Positions 39,813 to 49,727 are shown, counted from the stretch's first letter. The stretch is 64,000 nucleotides of DNA from Minisyncoccota bacterium (GCA_036517255.1 DATDXE010000004.1:30543-94542), one strand, 5' to 3'. The notes: a model not told the origin generated them from the sequence alone. Translations and numbers: made by a program.

Positions 39813-40526
39813 TTGTTGTATAATTTGGGGGTGATTATAGGATCGAATTTTTTATGGGCGTTTGTGGGAGGTTTGTTACCGGCAATTTTTTGGCTGTGGT
39901 TTTGGCTGCATGAGGACAAAAAACATCCCGAACCAAAACTACGCATTATCCTTTCTTTTGGATTCGGCATGCTCGCCGTCCTCCTCGTGTTACCGGTAGA
40001 ACGCTTCTTTTATAATATATTCGGAAACGAAATCCACATATGGACTCTGCTCGCATGGGCCGCAGCCGAAGAAGTGATGAAAATAGTAGCGGCTTACTTC
40101 GCTGCTTTCCGTAGCAGAGTAGCCGACGAGCCAGTCGACTTTCTTATATATATGGTGTCGACTGCCTTAGGCTTCTCAGCTCTGGAAAATTCCCTCTTTC
40201 TTTTCAATATGATAGGCGAAGGTTTCGTTACTCAAGGAATCATAAGTGGCAATATGCGCTTCCTAGGAGCAACATTGCTTCACACCGTCACTTCAGCGAC
40301 CATAGGTACTTTTATAGCACTGGCTTTCTATAAAAATAAAGAGGTTAAAAAAATGTCGCTCGCCATAGGCATCATGCTCGCTATCGCATTGCACACCTTG
40401 TTCAATTTTTTTATAATTGAGATGGGAGAAAGAGTGTTCTTCGTTTTTACTGGTGTATGGGTAGCCATCATACTTATGATTTTAATGTTTGAGAAGGTAA
40501 AAAGTGTAAAACCAGGATCGGTCTAA
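39813..40526 (+). CDS. PrsW family intramembrane protease
   Basis: DKKHPEP, AAEEVMK, ALGFSALEN, LHTLFN. Confidence 0.9.
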   Translation: MLYNLGVIIGSNFLWAFVGGLLPAIFWLWFWLHEDKKHPEPKLRIILSFGFGMLAVLLVLPVERFFYNIFGNEIHIWTLLAWAAAEEVMKIVAAYFAAFRSRVADEPVDFLIYMVSTALGFSALENSLFLFNMIGEGFVTQGIISGNMRFLGATLLHTVTSATIGTFIALAFYKNKEVKKMSLAIGIMLAIALHTLFNFFIIEMGERVFFVFTGVWVAIILMILMFEKVKSVKPGSV

Positions 40527-40577
40527 AATACATGTGCTATAATGTTTGTATAAATTTATTATTAACTTTCTAATCGG

Positions 40578-41033
40578 ATGGCAAAAGATAATCGTTCATT
40601 CTTCGAAAAAATAACTGGAGCAGTGAGGATAGAGGAAGAACAAGAAGAAGCTCTGGAAGCACCTGTAAAATCGGCTGGTATATGGAGTGAGGAAAGCCCA
40701 GATGAAGGTGAGCTTTCGGTTGACGTATATCAAACTCCAAACGAGATAATAGTGAAGACAATGGTAGCAGGAGTAAAACCTGAAGATTTGGATGTATCAA
40801 TAACTCGCGAAATGGTGACAGTAAAAGGCAGGAGAGAAGAGGAGCGTACCATAAGTGAGGGTGATTATTTTCATAAAGAATTGTATTGGGGCTCTTTCTC
40901 TCGCTCAGTAGTACTACCTCAAGAAATCGACGTCGACTCAGCGGAAGCGGTGGAGAAACATGGTTTGCTTATACTTAAATTACCCAAGCTCAATAAAAAT
41001 AGGCAAACTAAAGTAAGAGTAAAAGGAAGTTAA
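40578..41033 (+). CDS. Hsp20 small heat-shock protein
   Basis: VDVYQT, AGVKPEDLDV, ELYWGSFSRSVVLP, GLLILKLPK. Confidence 0.93.
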   Translation: MAKDNRSFFEKITGAVRIEEEQEEALEAPVKSAGIWSEESPDEGELSVDVYQTPNEIIVKTMVAGVKPEDLDVSITREMVTVKGRREEERTISEGDYFHKELYWGSFSRSVVLPQEIDVDSAEAVEKHGLLILKLPKLNKNRQTKVRVKGS

Positions 41034-41045
41034 CCAAGTAACCAA

Positions 41046-41068
41046 TAACCAAGGGGGACCCTTGGTTA
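41046..41068. repeat. Solo CCAAGGGGGACCCTTGG palindrome between convergent genes
   Basis: TAACCAAGGGGGACCCTTGGTTA, overlapping the glutaredoxin stop codon. Confidence 0.75.
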
Positions 41069-41305
41069 TGCGGGAATACCCAGTAAGCTAGCTACCTTTT
41101 CTTTCTGAAAACCGATAATTATATCGTTATCGATTTGAATGACAGGTACGCCAAGCTGACCACTTTTTTGGACCATATCTTTACGAGCCTCAATATCACT
41201 CGCTACATCTATATTTTCAAACGGGATATTGCTCGCAGTAAGGAACTCCTTGGCCATAGCGCAAAAATGGCAGGTCGGAGTGGAATATATTTTTACGGTT
41301 TTCAT
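41066..41305 (-). CDS. Glutaredoxin (NrdH/YruB-like)
   Basis: YSTPTCHFC, SGQLGVPVI, IGF. Confidence 0.9.
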   Translation of the reverse strand: MKTVKIYSTPTCHFCAMAKEFLTASNIPFENIDVASDIEARKDMVQKSGQLGVPVIQIDNDIIIGFQKEKVASLLGIPA

Positions 41306-41372
41306 CGCTTTTATTTAAAATTTGTAAGAAAAGCTATTATACCATTTTTTCATATTATGCTATATTGTTCTT

Positions 41373-41609
41373 ATGGAACCAGAAGACAGAGATCTTTTAA
41401 GAAGGACATTTGAATTGAGCCAGAAAAATAGTAAGATTCTGGAGTCGATAAAAAAAAGCATGTTCTGGGGCAGAGTGATGCGTTATGTCTACTGGGCCAT
41501 ATTGCTCGGCGCCGCTGTGGGAGCATATTATTTTATCGAACCATATGTTGATCAAATGCTCGAGGTATATGGAGGAGTCAAGGGGAGTATAAATAATTTA
41601 TTTCAGTAA
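41373..41609 (+). CDS. Small single-TM hypothetical protein
   Basis: 78-aa ORF with one TM; extended -10 directly upstream. Confidence 0.7.
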   Translation: MEPEDRDLLRRTFELSQKNSKILESIKKSMFWGRVMRYVYWAILLGAAVGAYYFIEPYVDQMLEVYGGVKGSINNLFQ

Positions 41610-41613
41610 AATT

Positions 41614-41686
41614 GCTGGGATAGCTCAGTTGGTAGAGCATTCCCCTGAAGAGGGAAGGGTCGCCGGTTCGACCCCGGCTCCCAGCA
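41614..41686 (+). tRNA. tRNA-Phe(GAA)
   Basis: Anticodon arm TTCCC-CTGAAGA-GGGAA; cloverleaf. Confidence 0.95.
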
Positions 41687-41706
41687 CACAATTAAATATT
41701 GGAAAT

Positions 41707-41779
41707 CCGCTCATAGCTCAGCTGGTAGAGCAGCTCCCTCTTAAGGAGACGGTCCCAGGTTCGATTCCTGGTGAGCGGA
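41707..41779 (+). tRNA. tRNA-Lys(CTT)
   Basis: Anticodon loop CT-CTT-AA; acceptor stem CCGCTCA/TGAGCGG. Confidence 0.92.
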
Positions 41780-41790
41780 CTGCGGATATT

Positions 41791-41871
41791 GGGCAGGTGG
41801 TGAAATGGTATACACGCCAGTTTTAGGAACTGGTGCCGCAAGGCATGGAGGTTCAAGTCCTCTCCTGCCCA
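41791..41871 (+). tRNA. tRNA-Leu(TAG)
   Basis: Anticodon arm CCAGT-TTTAGGA-ACTGG, variable arm. Confidence 0.95.
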
Positions 41872-41914
41872 CAAAAGTTTGAAAAATAATCCGCATTTGG
41901 TATAATGTCACAGG

Positions 41915-42271
41915 TTTTCATTCCAAACGATAGCTCTGCATTTTATATGCGGAGAGGAAAGTCCGAACACTCACTCTTTTACTAGAGAAGAGTAGCGGGT
42001 AACGCCCGTCGTCCGCGAGGATAGAGATGCGAACAGAGACGAGTCTCCAAAGTAGCTTGCATCGCAAGGTACAAAAAAAGGAGAGTGAAACGGCAAAATT
42101 CTTACTTGAGTGCAAGGCCGTACACGAAATTTTATAGTCCCCGCCTCACGGCGGATCGTTAAAATTTCGTGAGTGCCGCTTGAGTCCTTGAGTAATCAAG
42201 GGCCTAGATAAATTATCGTTACGCTTACCAACGAGGTAGGTGGAACAGAATTCGGCTTATAAGAATGAAAA
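41915..42271 (+). ncRNA. rnpB: RNase P RNA
   Basis: GAGGAAAGTCC, AGTGCAAG, CTAGATAAAT, ACAGAATTCGGCTTA conserved blocks; TTTTCATTC/GAATGAAAA P1 stem. Confidence 0.95.
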
Positions 42272-42285
42272 TGAGTACCTTAGTG

Positions 42286-42315
42286 CGAAAGCCGCCCTCA
42301 CGGGCGGCTTTCGCT
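42286..42315 (+). terminator. Terminator after rnpB
   Basis: GCGAAAGCCGCCC-TCAC-GGGCGGCTTTCGC. Confidence 0.7.
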
Positions 42316-42418
42316 TGACTTTTATATATAAAATGTGATATAATACACCCAGAGACTTCTGTCTCGACAGATCGAAACAGAGAAAGTTCACCACAACAGA
42401 ATAAGGAGAATTAAGACA

Positions 42419-43594
42419 ATGCCTGCTGCTACTACTGCCCAAAGTAACGATCAACGGACGGCCTCCTCACAGACGCCGCCCCAAACAACCGTAGTCGACA
42501 GTCCGAAACCAAGACCACGCTATACTCTACTCTCGACTTGCCCCACCGGCTGGCTCGCGCTAGTCGTACGTGGAGAAGACCTGATCAGGGTGCTCCACTC
42601 GGTTCCCAAACACATCGTCAATGACGATTTCGAATTCATCCCTGATGATACCACCGCCGAAGAAGGAGACGATGTATTGAGCTTGCGGAACCTCACAGGA
42701 CGCGAGTTCATTGGATTTCCGTTCCTACGCCTAACCGGCCTCCACCGGTTCAATCATCAGTGGAGCCGGTTCTGGCCGAAATTGGACGCGGATGGGGCAC
42801 CGGTATACGAGGTGCAAGCCCACGAACGGCAGACTCTGACGTTCGCGCCATTCATCTCACAGTACCCCCTGGTATTTCCTGGGGTCGAAGTGATCGGTAG
42901 CGCGGTTGCCCCAGCGGCCGACAAAGCGGCAGGAGCCGAAACGGACCCAACATCGCAGAGGCCGCTCATACCAGTCACCTTCACGTTGACAATTCGGCTG
43001 AAGATGATACGCCCTCGGATGGCGCTCATGGAAAACACAGACGCCTTGGGCAACGTGCTGATTCCAAAAATCCGCGCCTTCCTCAAAGCCTACGCGGCCC
43101 AGAGAAGTTACGATGAATTGTTCCGCAGTTCGGGACAGTTTTCAGTAGTCACGGTCACCCAGGAATTTCGGAATTACTTCTTGGCGACAGGCAACGCGCC
43201 TGGAACAATCAGGGGTGAGATACTCGATCACACTGGGTACCAGCTCGACGACATCCAAGTTGTCGACATCAAACCCCTCGGAGAATACGAGCAAACGTTG
43301 CTCAATCTGGCCAAGGCCCACGTCGACGCCCAAAAGGCATATGTCGACGCCACGGGAAAACGCCGCGCGCGAGTTGAGGAAAGCCAAGGCGAAGCTACAG
43401 CAATAACCAACGTAGCTGCTGCCGATGCTCTTCGTATTCAGCAAACAATCATCGCGGCTGCAGGCGGTGCTGGACCAAATGCAATCGCGGCTCTGATCTG
43501 GGACATGATCAGGCAGTCGAATCTCACAACCTTGGGAGGTCAAGGACTCGGCATCATTGTCGATCCGAACAGCGGACGGCCAATGAATCCGTAA
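42419..43594 (+). CDS. Divergent SPFH/band-7-like protein
   Basis: GYQLDDIQVVDIKP followed by an Ala/Glu coiled coil; TTGACT..TATAAT promoter and SD TAAGGAG. Confidence 0.55.
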   Translation: MPAATTAQSNDQRTASSQTPPQTTVVDSPKPRPRYTLLSTCPTGWLALVVRGEDLIRVLHSVPKHIVNDDFEFIPDDTTAEEGDDVLSLRNLTGREFIGFPFLRLTGLHRFNHQWSRFWPKLDADGAPVYEVQAHERQTLTFAPFISQYPLVFPGVEVIGSAVAPAADKAAGAETDPTSQRPLIPVTFTLTIRLKMIRPRMALMENTDALGNVLIPKIRAFLKAYAAQRSYDELFRSSGQFSVVTVTQEFRNYFLATGNAPGTIRGEILDHTGYQLDDIQVVDIKPLGEYEQTLLNLAKAHVDAQKAYVDATGKRRARVEESQGEATAITNVAAADALRIQQTIIAAAGGAGPNAIAALIWDMIRQSNLTTLGGQGLGIIVDPNSGRPMNP

Positions 43595-43750
43595 AGGTTA
43601 CAAAAGTCTGGAATCTCCTTATTCTTCAACCCCCTTTTGGAAAGCCGCAAGGCCGACCAGAGGGGGTTGCTTTTTTATATTAAGTATGCTATAATTGAAG
43701 ACAGAAGTGCGGCACAGGAGTGCCATTGAAAATCTTATACGGAGACGAAA

Positions 43751-45145
43751 ATGACGCCTATTGGAAACAGCAGCAATAGCAACCATGCCCCACAACGCGG
43801 AGAGGGGTTCACATACGGTCGAGGGACACCAAACCCCGCCCAAACCAATAACGAAGAGTGGTGGAAGAGATTCCGAGATATGTTTCGAAGGGCAACCTTC
43901 TGGGGCAAGATCGGACTGCTCTTCCAGCTTTTCCGAGCCTTTCGGGCTTGGGTAAAGAAGGAATGGTGGGGCATCGCCCTCGACACGGCGGTGGTAACAA
44001 CCATCCTGATTCTTGCTATGGGTTTAGCGACCCTCGGCATAAAGGACGGGAGTTCGGCGTTCACAACGGTAGCCATAAAGGGAGTCCTCATCGCGCTTGG
44101 CGCAGGAGCAGTGCTCTTCGGGGTATTACTCTTCCGCCGGCACCTCAAGTGGTGGCACCTTGGAATCGTGGCGACAATCATCGTCATGATTTTCTTCCTG
44201 CCATTCCACAGGATCGCACTCTGGATCCTCCATCCGATCCCCATGATATGGATCGTCGCAAGCCTCATGGCAATCGGCATTCACTTCTTCGGACCGGAAA
44301 AAGGTCTGCAGTGGAAGTGGAGAAAAAAATTGAAGCATCTTCCTAAGTGGAGGCTGAGGTTGCTGCCATTCGCGGCAGCAATCATTGCGACCATCGTGTA
44401 CCTCGCATTTAGCAACTTCGCCTTATCGGATTTGGGGTTGTTAGTACTGGTCGTGGTGGGGTTGGTAGTTCTCATCGTTATCGCAAGGACAATCGTAAAG
44501 AAAGATGAGAAAAACAAGGTCTGGCCCATCGCGGGCAAGATCGTGCTGATGCTCGTCGGGCTCGTGGTGTTCAACTACATCGCGCTCGCGACCTGGTCAT
44601 GGTGGAGGGTCCTCCGTCAGTACGAGGAGGTCTTCTGGGGAGTAAACGCCGCTCTGTTTGTGGCAATGCTCCTCACCCTGGTTACCACCGGGAAGGACGA
44701 CAACAAGAAAACCCATCCGCTTGCGATCACGGGCATCAAGGTGTTCATGTTCCTTGCGATAGTGGGGTTTGCGTCGGCTCTATACAACTTCGCCGTGGCG
44801 CACAGCCTCGACGAAGAAAAGAAAGTCGCCATGAACTCAACCAAGCTCGTGACGGCCCCTCCTAAGGGAGAAAACGATGATTGGAGCGATCCAATCAAAG
44901 TTCCAAAAGGAGTGAGCCTACGATTCCAAGCCAAAGACGGGGAGAACTATTACTCCGTCAAAAATGAGAAAGGGGAAGAGAAGCAGTACAACCCGCAAGG
45001 GCAAAGCTGTTTCGACACCGCAGGCACCGCAATGCTAGACGCGGAGCAGTGCCTCGGCGACTCAGAGATCATCTGGTTCCAGTCAGGGACCGACGAATCG
45101 AAGGAGATGATCGTAGAGTTCCTACCTTACGTCTCCAGAGAGTAG
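43751..45145 (+). CDS. Orphan polytopic membrane protein
   Basis: 464-aa ORF with about 9 TM segments and a soluble C-terminal domain; followed by terminator CTGCCCCCTC..GAGGGGGCAG. Confidence 0.7.
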   Translation: MTPIGNSSNSNHAPQRGEGFTYGRGTPNPAQTNNEEWWKRFRDMFRRATFWGKIGLLFQLFRAFRAWVKKEWWGIALDTAVVTTILILAMGLATLGIKDGSSAFTTVAIKGVLIALGAGAVLFGVLLFRRHLKWWHLGIVATIIVMIFFLPFHRIALWILHPIPMIWIVASLMAIGIHFFGPEKGLQWKWRKKLKHLPKWRLRLLPFAAAIIATIVYLAFSNFALSDLGLLVLVVVGLVVLIVIARTIVKKDEKNKVWPIAGKIVLMLVGLVVFNYIALATWSWWRVLRQYEEVFWGVNAALFVAMLLTLVTTGKDDNKKTHPLAITGIKVFMFLAIVGFASALYNFAVAHSLDEEKKVAMNSTKLVTAPPKGENDDWSDPIKVPKGVSLRFQAKDGENYYSVKNEKGEEKQYNPQGQSCFDTAGTAMLDAEQCLGDSEIIWFQSGTDESKEMIVEFLPYVSRE

Positions 45146-45244
45146 TATTTCCCTCCGTATAAGAAAAAAAACCTGCCCCCTCAAAGTTTAGAGGGGGCAG
45201 ATTTGTTTATCTATTATTCAGAATGTTCAGTCAGGATGAATACA

Positions 45245-45517
45245 CTATCTCGGAATGATACCCCCAGTTTGGTTTGGAATACCGAAAGTATTGAGAACGA
45301 AGTTTACGATGCCGTAGACGCTGAACATGATGAACATGCCGACTATACCATAAACGATACTCTTCTTGCCCTCTTCCCTTTTAGTATCATCGTCAGATGA
45401 AGCGATGAATTTGGCCACTCCGAAGAAGAATACGGCGGTCGCCACCACAAACCCGAGTATAATAACAGGGTTCAGGATAAACTCATTTATCTTGGCGAGG
45501 AACTGGCCGACTGTCAT
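45245..45517 (-). CDS. VirB2/TrbC-like pilin
   Basis: TM-loop(KREEGKK)-TM, GIVGMFIMFSVYGI. Confidence 0.75.
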   Translation of the reverse strand: MTVGQFLAKINEFILNPVIILGFVVATAVFFFGVAKFIASSDDDTKREEGKKSIVYGIVGMFIMFSVYGIVNFVLNTFGIPNQTGGIIPR

Positions 45518-45523
45518 CTAACT

Positions 45524-45880
45524 TTATCTAGGGATAAGTGGACCGACCTGAGGACCAGCATCTTGAGTTATACCTATAGCTCTACCGAGAAATCCGACAA
45601 GGCCCCAAACTGCTGCCATAACGAAGAGAGCGACAATTCCCCATATCATTTTATTTCTTCCTTCTTCTAATTTAGCAGCGTCACCTGAAGCTAAGATGTA
45701 TTGTGCAAGACCCCAGAAGAAATAGAGCAAAGCAAGAGCGAAGACTATTGGGATGAGTAAGTTTATAATCCTACCGATCGGAGTGACTATGTTAGTTTCT
45801 ATATTTTGAAGCTGAGCGCTTGCCATAATTGGCAAGAGAAACGATACTCCTACGATTAAAGCTTTTTTCATAATTTTCAT
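45524..45880 (-). CDS. VirB2/TrbC-like pilin
   Basis: Signal peptide ending ASAQ, FFWGL...EEGRNKMIWGIVALFV. Confidence 0.8.
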   Translation of the reverse strand: MKIMKKALIVGVSFLLPIMASAQLQNIETNIVTPIGRIINLLIPIVFALALLYFFWGLAQYILASGDAAKLEEGRNKMIWGIVALFVMAAVWGLVGFLGRAIGITQDAGPQVGPLIPR

Positions 45881-46001
45881 TTAATTTTACTGAAACCTAA
45901 TAATTTATAATGACCAAATTTACGCTCTCAATTTTAGCACATATTAACTCTTTTGTAACTTAATATGTGAATAGTTGAGAGAATTGTAACTAAAGATTAA
46001 T

Positions 46002-46349
46002 CTATTGACCACCACTGCCAAATCCAGGTACAGGTATTGCGCTATTATCTGTTATCTTAAATTCCGTTTGTATAAACCTCACCAATCCCCAAACCGATGC
46101 CATCACAAATAAAGCTACTACTCCCCACACCATCTTATTCCTTCCCTCTTCCAATTTACTAGCATCACCTGATGCTAGAATATACTGGGCAAGACCCCAG
46201 AAGAAGAAAAGGAGGGCTAACGCAAAAACTATAGGAATAAGGAGGTTCACGAGAGTCGAACCTTGTCGTACGATACCAGTGGTCTGAGTAAGTTGAGCAC
46301 TTGCAAAAAGAGGTAATAAAAGAGAGAGGCTAATAAATATTTTTTTCAT
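46002..46349 (-). CDS. VirB2/TrbC-like pilin
   Basis: Close paralog of 45524-45880. Confidence 0.8.
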   Translation of the reverse strand: MKKIFISLSLLLPLFASAQLTQTTGIVRQGSTLVNLLIPIVFALALLFFFWGLAQYILASGDASKLEEGRNKMVWGVVALFVMASVWGLVRFIQTEFKITDNSAIPVPGFGSGGQ

Positions 46350-46372
46350 AATTTTGTAAGTACTTATAATAA

Positions 46373-46648
46373 TTACCTTACTTGGGGCCTTACCATACTT
46401 GTCGGCGATAGATCTATCTCGCTTCTTATAAATTTAATTATACCCCACACTGAAGTAACGACAAACAAAGCTACTACTCCCCACACCATTACTCTCTTAC
46501 CCTCTTCAACCGCTTTTTCGCTACCAGAATTTTGGATATATTTGGCCATACCCCAGAAAAAATATAGTAGGCACAAGGCAAAAGCGAGAGGAATGAGAAG
46601 ATTAGTGATGATTCCGTATGAAGCTTGGATCAATTCTTTTAAGTCCAT
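46373..46648 (-). CDS. VirB2/TrbC-like pilin
   Basis: FFWGMAKYI...EEGKRVMVWGVVALFV. Confidence 0.78.
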   Translation of the reverse strand: MDLKELIQASYGIITNLLIPLAFALCLLYFFWGMAKYIQNSGSEKAVEEGKRVMVWGVVALFVVTSVWGIIKFIRSEIDLSPTSMVRPQVR

Positions 46649-46658
46649 TTAATTAAAA

Positions 46659-46940
46659 TTACTGGCGTTCAGGTAACTGAGGAATGATGACTCCGCCTCC
46701 AAATTCAAATTCAGTTCGCAAGAAAGAAATTATGCCCCAGATAGTAAAGATGACGAAAAGACCGACCACTCCCCAAATCAAAATGCCTTTCTTCTTCTGC
46801 ATATCGGTATCGCTTCCGGTAGAACGGATAAAACCTGCGACACCCCAAACAAATAACAGAAATGCGATCGCCACGATAAGAGGGATGGCGGCTCCGCCTA
46901 AATCTATAAATTTATTTACTAGTTGAGTGAAATTTGTCAT
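46659..46940 (-). CDS. VirB2/TrbC-like pilin
   Basis: FVWGVAGFI...LIWGVVGLFVIFTIWG. Confidence 0.75.
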   Translation of the reverse strand: MTNFTQLVNKFIDLGGAAIPLIVAIAFLLFVWGVAGFIRSTGSDTDMQKKKGILIWGVVGLFVIFTIWGIISFLRTEFEFGGGVIIPQLPERQ

Positions 46941-46964
46941 ATACTAGAACTGCGTTAACTTGCG

Positions 46965-47420
46965 TTAACCCCCAAGTTGGGTCACGGTACCTCTGATAAC
47001 GGTAGCCAAGACCCGAGCTCCGAGAAGTACCGCCGCTCCTATCACCGCATAAAGAATGGCTTGATGAGCAGTTTTTATTTTATCAGGCTTACCTTGAGCG
47101 GTGACGTAAAGGAAACCTGAGTAGATGATCATGACAACGACCACCGTAGCCCCTATAGGTACCACAACATCTTTTATGATGAGTTCTATCAGGGCTGGGA
47201 TATCATTGGTATTGTTTTTTAGAGGGTTTGGTATCTGTATCCTATAATTCACCTGCTGAGGTGGGTTGCCTGTACCACCCACTCCACCAGGATTGCCTGT
47301 GCCGCCAGCACCAGATTGAGCAGAAACAAATAATACAGGAAATAAAAATACTGTCGGCAAGAAGGAGTATATTAGAAATTTTTTAAAAGATGAAGAGTTC
47401 ATGCCCTGATTATACATCAT
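46965..47420 (-). CDS. VirB2/TrbC-like pilin
   Basis: IPNPL, IIYSGFLYVTAQG...A...YAVIG. Confidence 0.8.
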   Translation of the reverse strand: MMYNQGMNSSSFKKFLIYSFLPTVFLFPVLFVSAQSGAGGTGNPGGVGGTGNPPQQVNYRIQIPNPLKNNTNDIPALIELIIKDVVVPIGATVVVVMIIYSGFLYVTAQGKPDKIKTAHQAILYAVIGAAVLLGARVLATVIRGTVTQLGG

Positions 47421-47435
47421 AGTTACTTGCTACAA

Positions 47436-47882
47436 CTACCTGTTGTTTAGTTCTATAAATTGGTCGCCATATCCATCCTCTAGGAATACATTGACGATGG
47501 TCCTCACTATGAGCCACGCAGAGAGAATGATAATAAAGCCGAGCAAAACTTTGCCCAACATTTTTTTTGCTTCCGACTTTTTATCCACTACAGCCGTAGT
47601 CATCAGGATGAAGCCGGCCCAGGAGAAGGTAATGACGGAAATTGGAAAGGAAATAATAACAAGCCAATTGAGTAAATTTTGAACTAAATAGAGCAGGTCG
47701 TCGAAATTACACTCCTCATCTTTCCCAGAAACTATGCCGTCACCATCATTATCAAAACCGCACGGTATGAATCGGCCCGTATCCCCTTCTTCCCCTTGAG
47801 CCAGAACACCAAGAGGAATACAAAAAGTACCAACGAGCATAATCAGTAATATAATTTTTGTAAAATTTCTAATTTTTCGCAT
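47436..47882 (-). CDS. VirB2/TrbC-like pilin with Cys-bridged acidic loop
   Basis: PCG...ECNFDDL, WAGFILMT...AKK...GFIIILSAWLIV. Confidence 0.8.
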   Translation of the reverse strand: MRKIRNFTKIILLIMLVGTFCIPLGVLAQGEEGDTGRFIPCGFDNDGDGIVSGKDEECNFDDLLYLVQNLLNWLVIISFPISVITFSWAGFILMTTAVVDKKSEAKKMLGKVLLGFIIILSAWLIVRTIVNVFLEDGYGDQFIELNNR

Positions 47883-47897
47883 GATTTTCGTATCAGA

Positions 47898-49187
47898 TTA
47901 TTTGAAGAGCTCTGTTATTTCCCTACTAGCCTTCACTACTGCCGCCGAAGTGCGCTCGCGACCGCTTGTAATACTCTCTATCATGTTAGCAAATATTTTT
48001 GCTGTAGCAGTAGGCTCAGGATCAAGCCAAGCCTTGGACCGGAGTGCACTTTCGTAGAAAACTGCCTGGTATGCGTCAAGAGCTTTAGTTCCGAGTAAGT
48101 CGCGCCGAGCAGGGGGGACACCGAGAGCTTCGCTTATAGCCAGTGCTCCTTCACGACTTGAAAGGATAGAAGCGACGCCAAAGGCGGCATTTGCATTCTT
48201 AGAGCCACGGGAAATAGCAAAACCATAAAACTTGCCGTAGGAAACGTTGTTACCAGAATCTTTAGAGGTGGGCACTGAAGAAACATCGAAATTTAAATTA
48301 GGATTTTTCAGCTGGATCAGAGCTATCTCACTTGCAAAACCGAAATAGAGAGCCATATCCCCAGAAAGAAAATAAGTTTGGGAAAGAGGCATCGATCTAT
48401 TCCAAGAATAATAAGGTTTAACCGGATTTGAAAATTCAGTGTAGAAATTGACAGCGGCTTCTCCAGGGATGACTGGTTTTTCAAATGAATCTGCCATAAC
48501 AGAACGAGTATCATCACCAAATCTCTGGACGATAGGTGTACCAGCCTGCATCATCAAATTCGAAATGATAGCTTTGGCGTTTGATACATTATTATACTCA
48601 CCAAAAGAAACTAAGGACTTTTGAATATTCAGTGCTCCATCTTTTTTGGATATAAGCCCAGCGAGAGAATAGAATTCATCCCAATATTTAGGAGGGCTAG
48701 TCAGCTTAGCATCGGTGAAAACTTTTCTACTCCAATACATAACAAGTGGATCGACAATCACGGGAAGAGCTACTATCCCCGTCGGGTCAAGATAAATTTC
48801 GGATCCTTCTATAAAAGAGTCCTTGAACATCCTCTCAGAGAAAGCGTCGTATGGAATTAGAGTAATCTTATTTTTCTGCTTCACTATTTTATCGTGAGGC
48901 AGAAGAAATAGATCAGGGCCATTTCCTGAAGCAAGAGCCTCCACGTACTCATCGTCAAAAAGAGCTTCTTCTTTATAAGAATAACTTATTTTATATGCTT
49001 CGTTATTATAGAGAGAAGTTTTTGAAATAATACTTTGAAAAACTTCTGGATTCACATTGCCCCAGATACTCACTTCTGCCTGCTCTACTCCACCACCTTG
49101 ATATTTAGAAAATATTATGACGCTTACTATAATAAGGATACCAAAAACTCCTAGAATAATAACCTGAAACTTAGACATATTTCCCAT
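47898..49187 (-). CDS. Extracellular solute-binding protein (sugar ABC type)
   Basis: N-terminal TM anchor, ALASGNGPDLF, PPKYWDEF, FLSGDMALYFG. Confidence 0.85.
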   Translation of the reverse strand: MGNMSKFQVIILGVFGILIIVSVIIFSKYQGGGVEQAEVSIWGNVNPEVFQSIISKTSLYNNEAYKISYSYKEEALFDDEYVEALASGNGPDLFLLPHDKIVKQKNKITLIPYDAFSERMFKDSFIEGSEIYLDPTGIVALPVIVDPLVMYWSRKVFTDAKLTSPPKYWDEFYSLAGLISKKDGALNIQKSLVSFGEYNNVSNAKAIISNLMMQAGTPIVQRFGDDTRSVMADSFEKPVIPGEAAVNFYTEFSNPVKPYYSWNRSMPLSQTYFLSGDMALYFGFASEIALIQLKNPNLNFDVSSVPTSKDSGNNVSYGKFYGFAISRGSKNANAAFGVASILSSREGALAISEALGVPPARRDLLGTKALDAYQAVFYESALRSKAWLDPEPTATAKIFANMIESITSGRERTSAAVVKASREITELFK

Positions 49188-49199
49188 AACTTTATTTTA

Positions 49200-49727
49200 T
49201 CACGCTTTTAGCGCTACGAAACCATAGTGATGATCGCCAGCGTCGATTGATTTCTCGATCGAAAAGCCCGCTCCACAAAAAAGGGACTTGGCTCTCTCTT
49301 CCGTCACCACTTCATCCTTATGTGGGCCAAGGCCAGCAAAAGAATCAAGCCAATCGACCACCAGCACTCTGCCGCCAGACTTTAATATCCTTTCTATCTC
49401 TTTTGCAAAACTTTCTTTGTTCTCGACCTGAAAAAGAATGTTCGAAGCTATAACCACATCGATGATTCCCTCTTTTATTTTTGTACCTCCATCCTTTTCT
49501 ATATCGCCCCAAATCACTTCCACATTTGAAAGTTCATTTTTTTCAGCTAACTTCTTGACTGTCTCTACCAATTCTTTCTGCACATCTACTCCAAAAACCC
49601 TACCTTCTTCACCTACAATTTTAGCTGCTTCCAAAGCATAAAAACCGCTGCCGACTCCAAGATCAGCCACACGCATCCCTTTAGAAAGCCCGAGTTGTTC
49701 TAAATTAGATTTAGGATTACTAAACAT
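49200..49727 (-). CDS. Class I SAM-dependent methyltransferase
   Basis: VADLGVGSG, LKSGGRVLVVDW. Confidence 0.88.
   Translation of the reverse strand: MFSNPKSNLEQLGLSKGMRVADLGVGSGFYALEAAKIVGEEGRVFGVDVQKELVETVKKLAEKNELSNVEVIWGDIEKDGGTKIKEGIIDVVIASNILFQVENKESFAKEIERILKSGGRVLVVDWLDSFAGLGPHKDEVVTEERAKSLFCGAGFSIEKSIDAGDHHYGFVALKA

Noticed and set aside
41629-42115. Short ORFs over the tRNA cluster and rnpB
   Set aside because: They coincide with tRNA-Phe/Lys/Leu and RNase P RNA.
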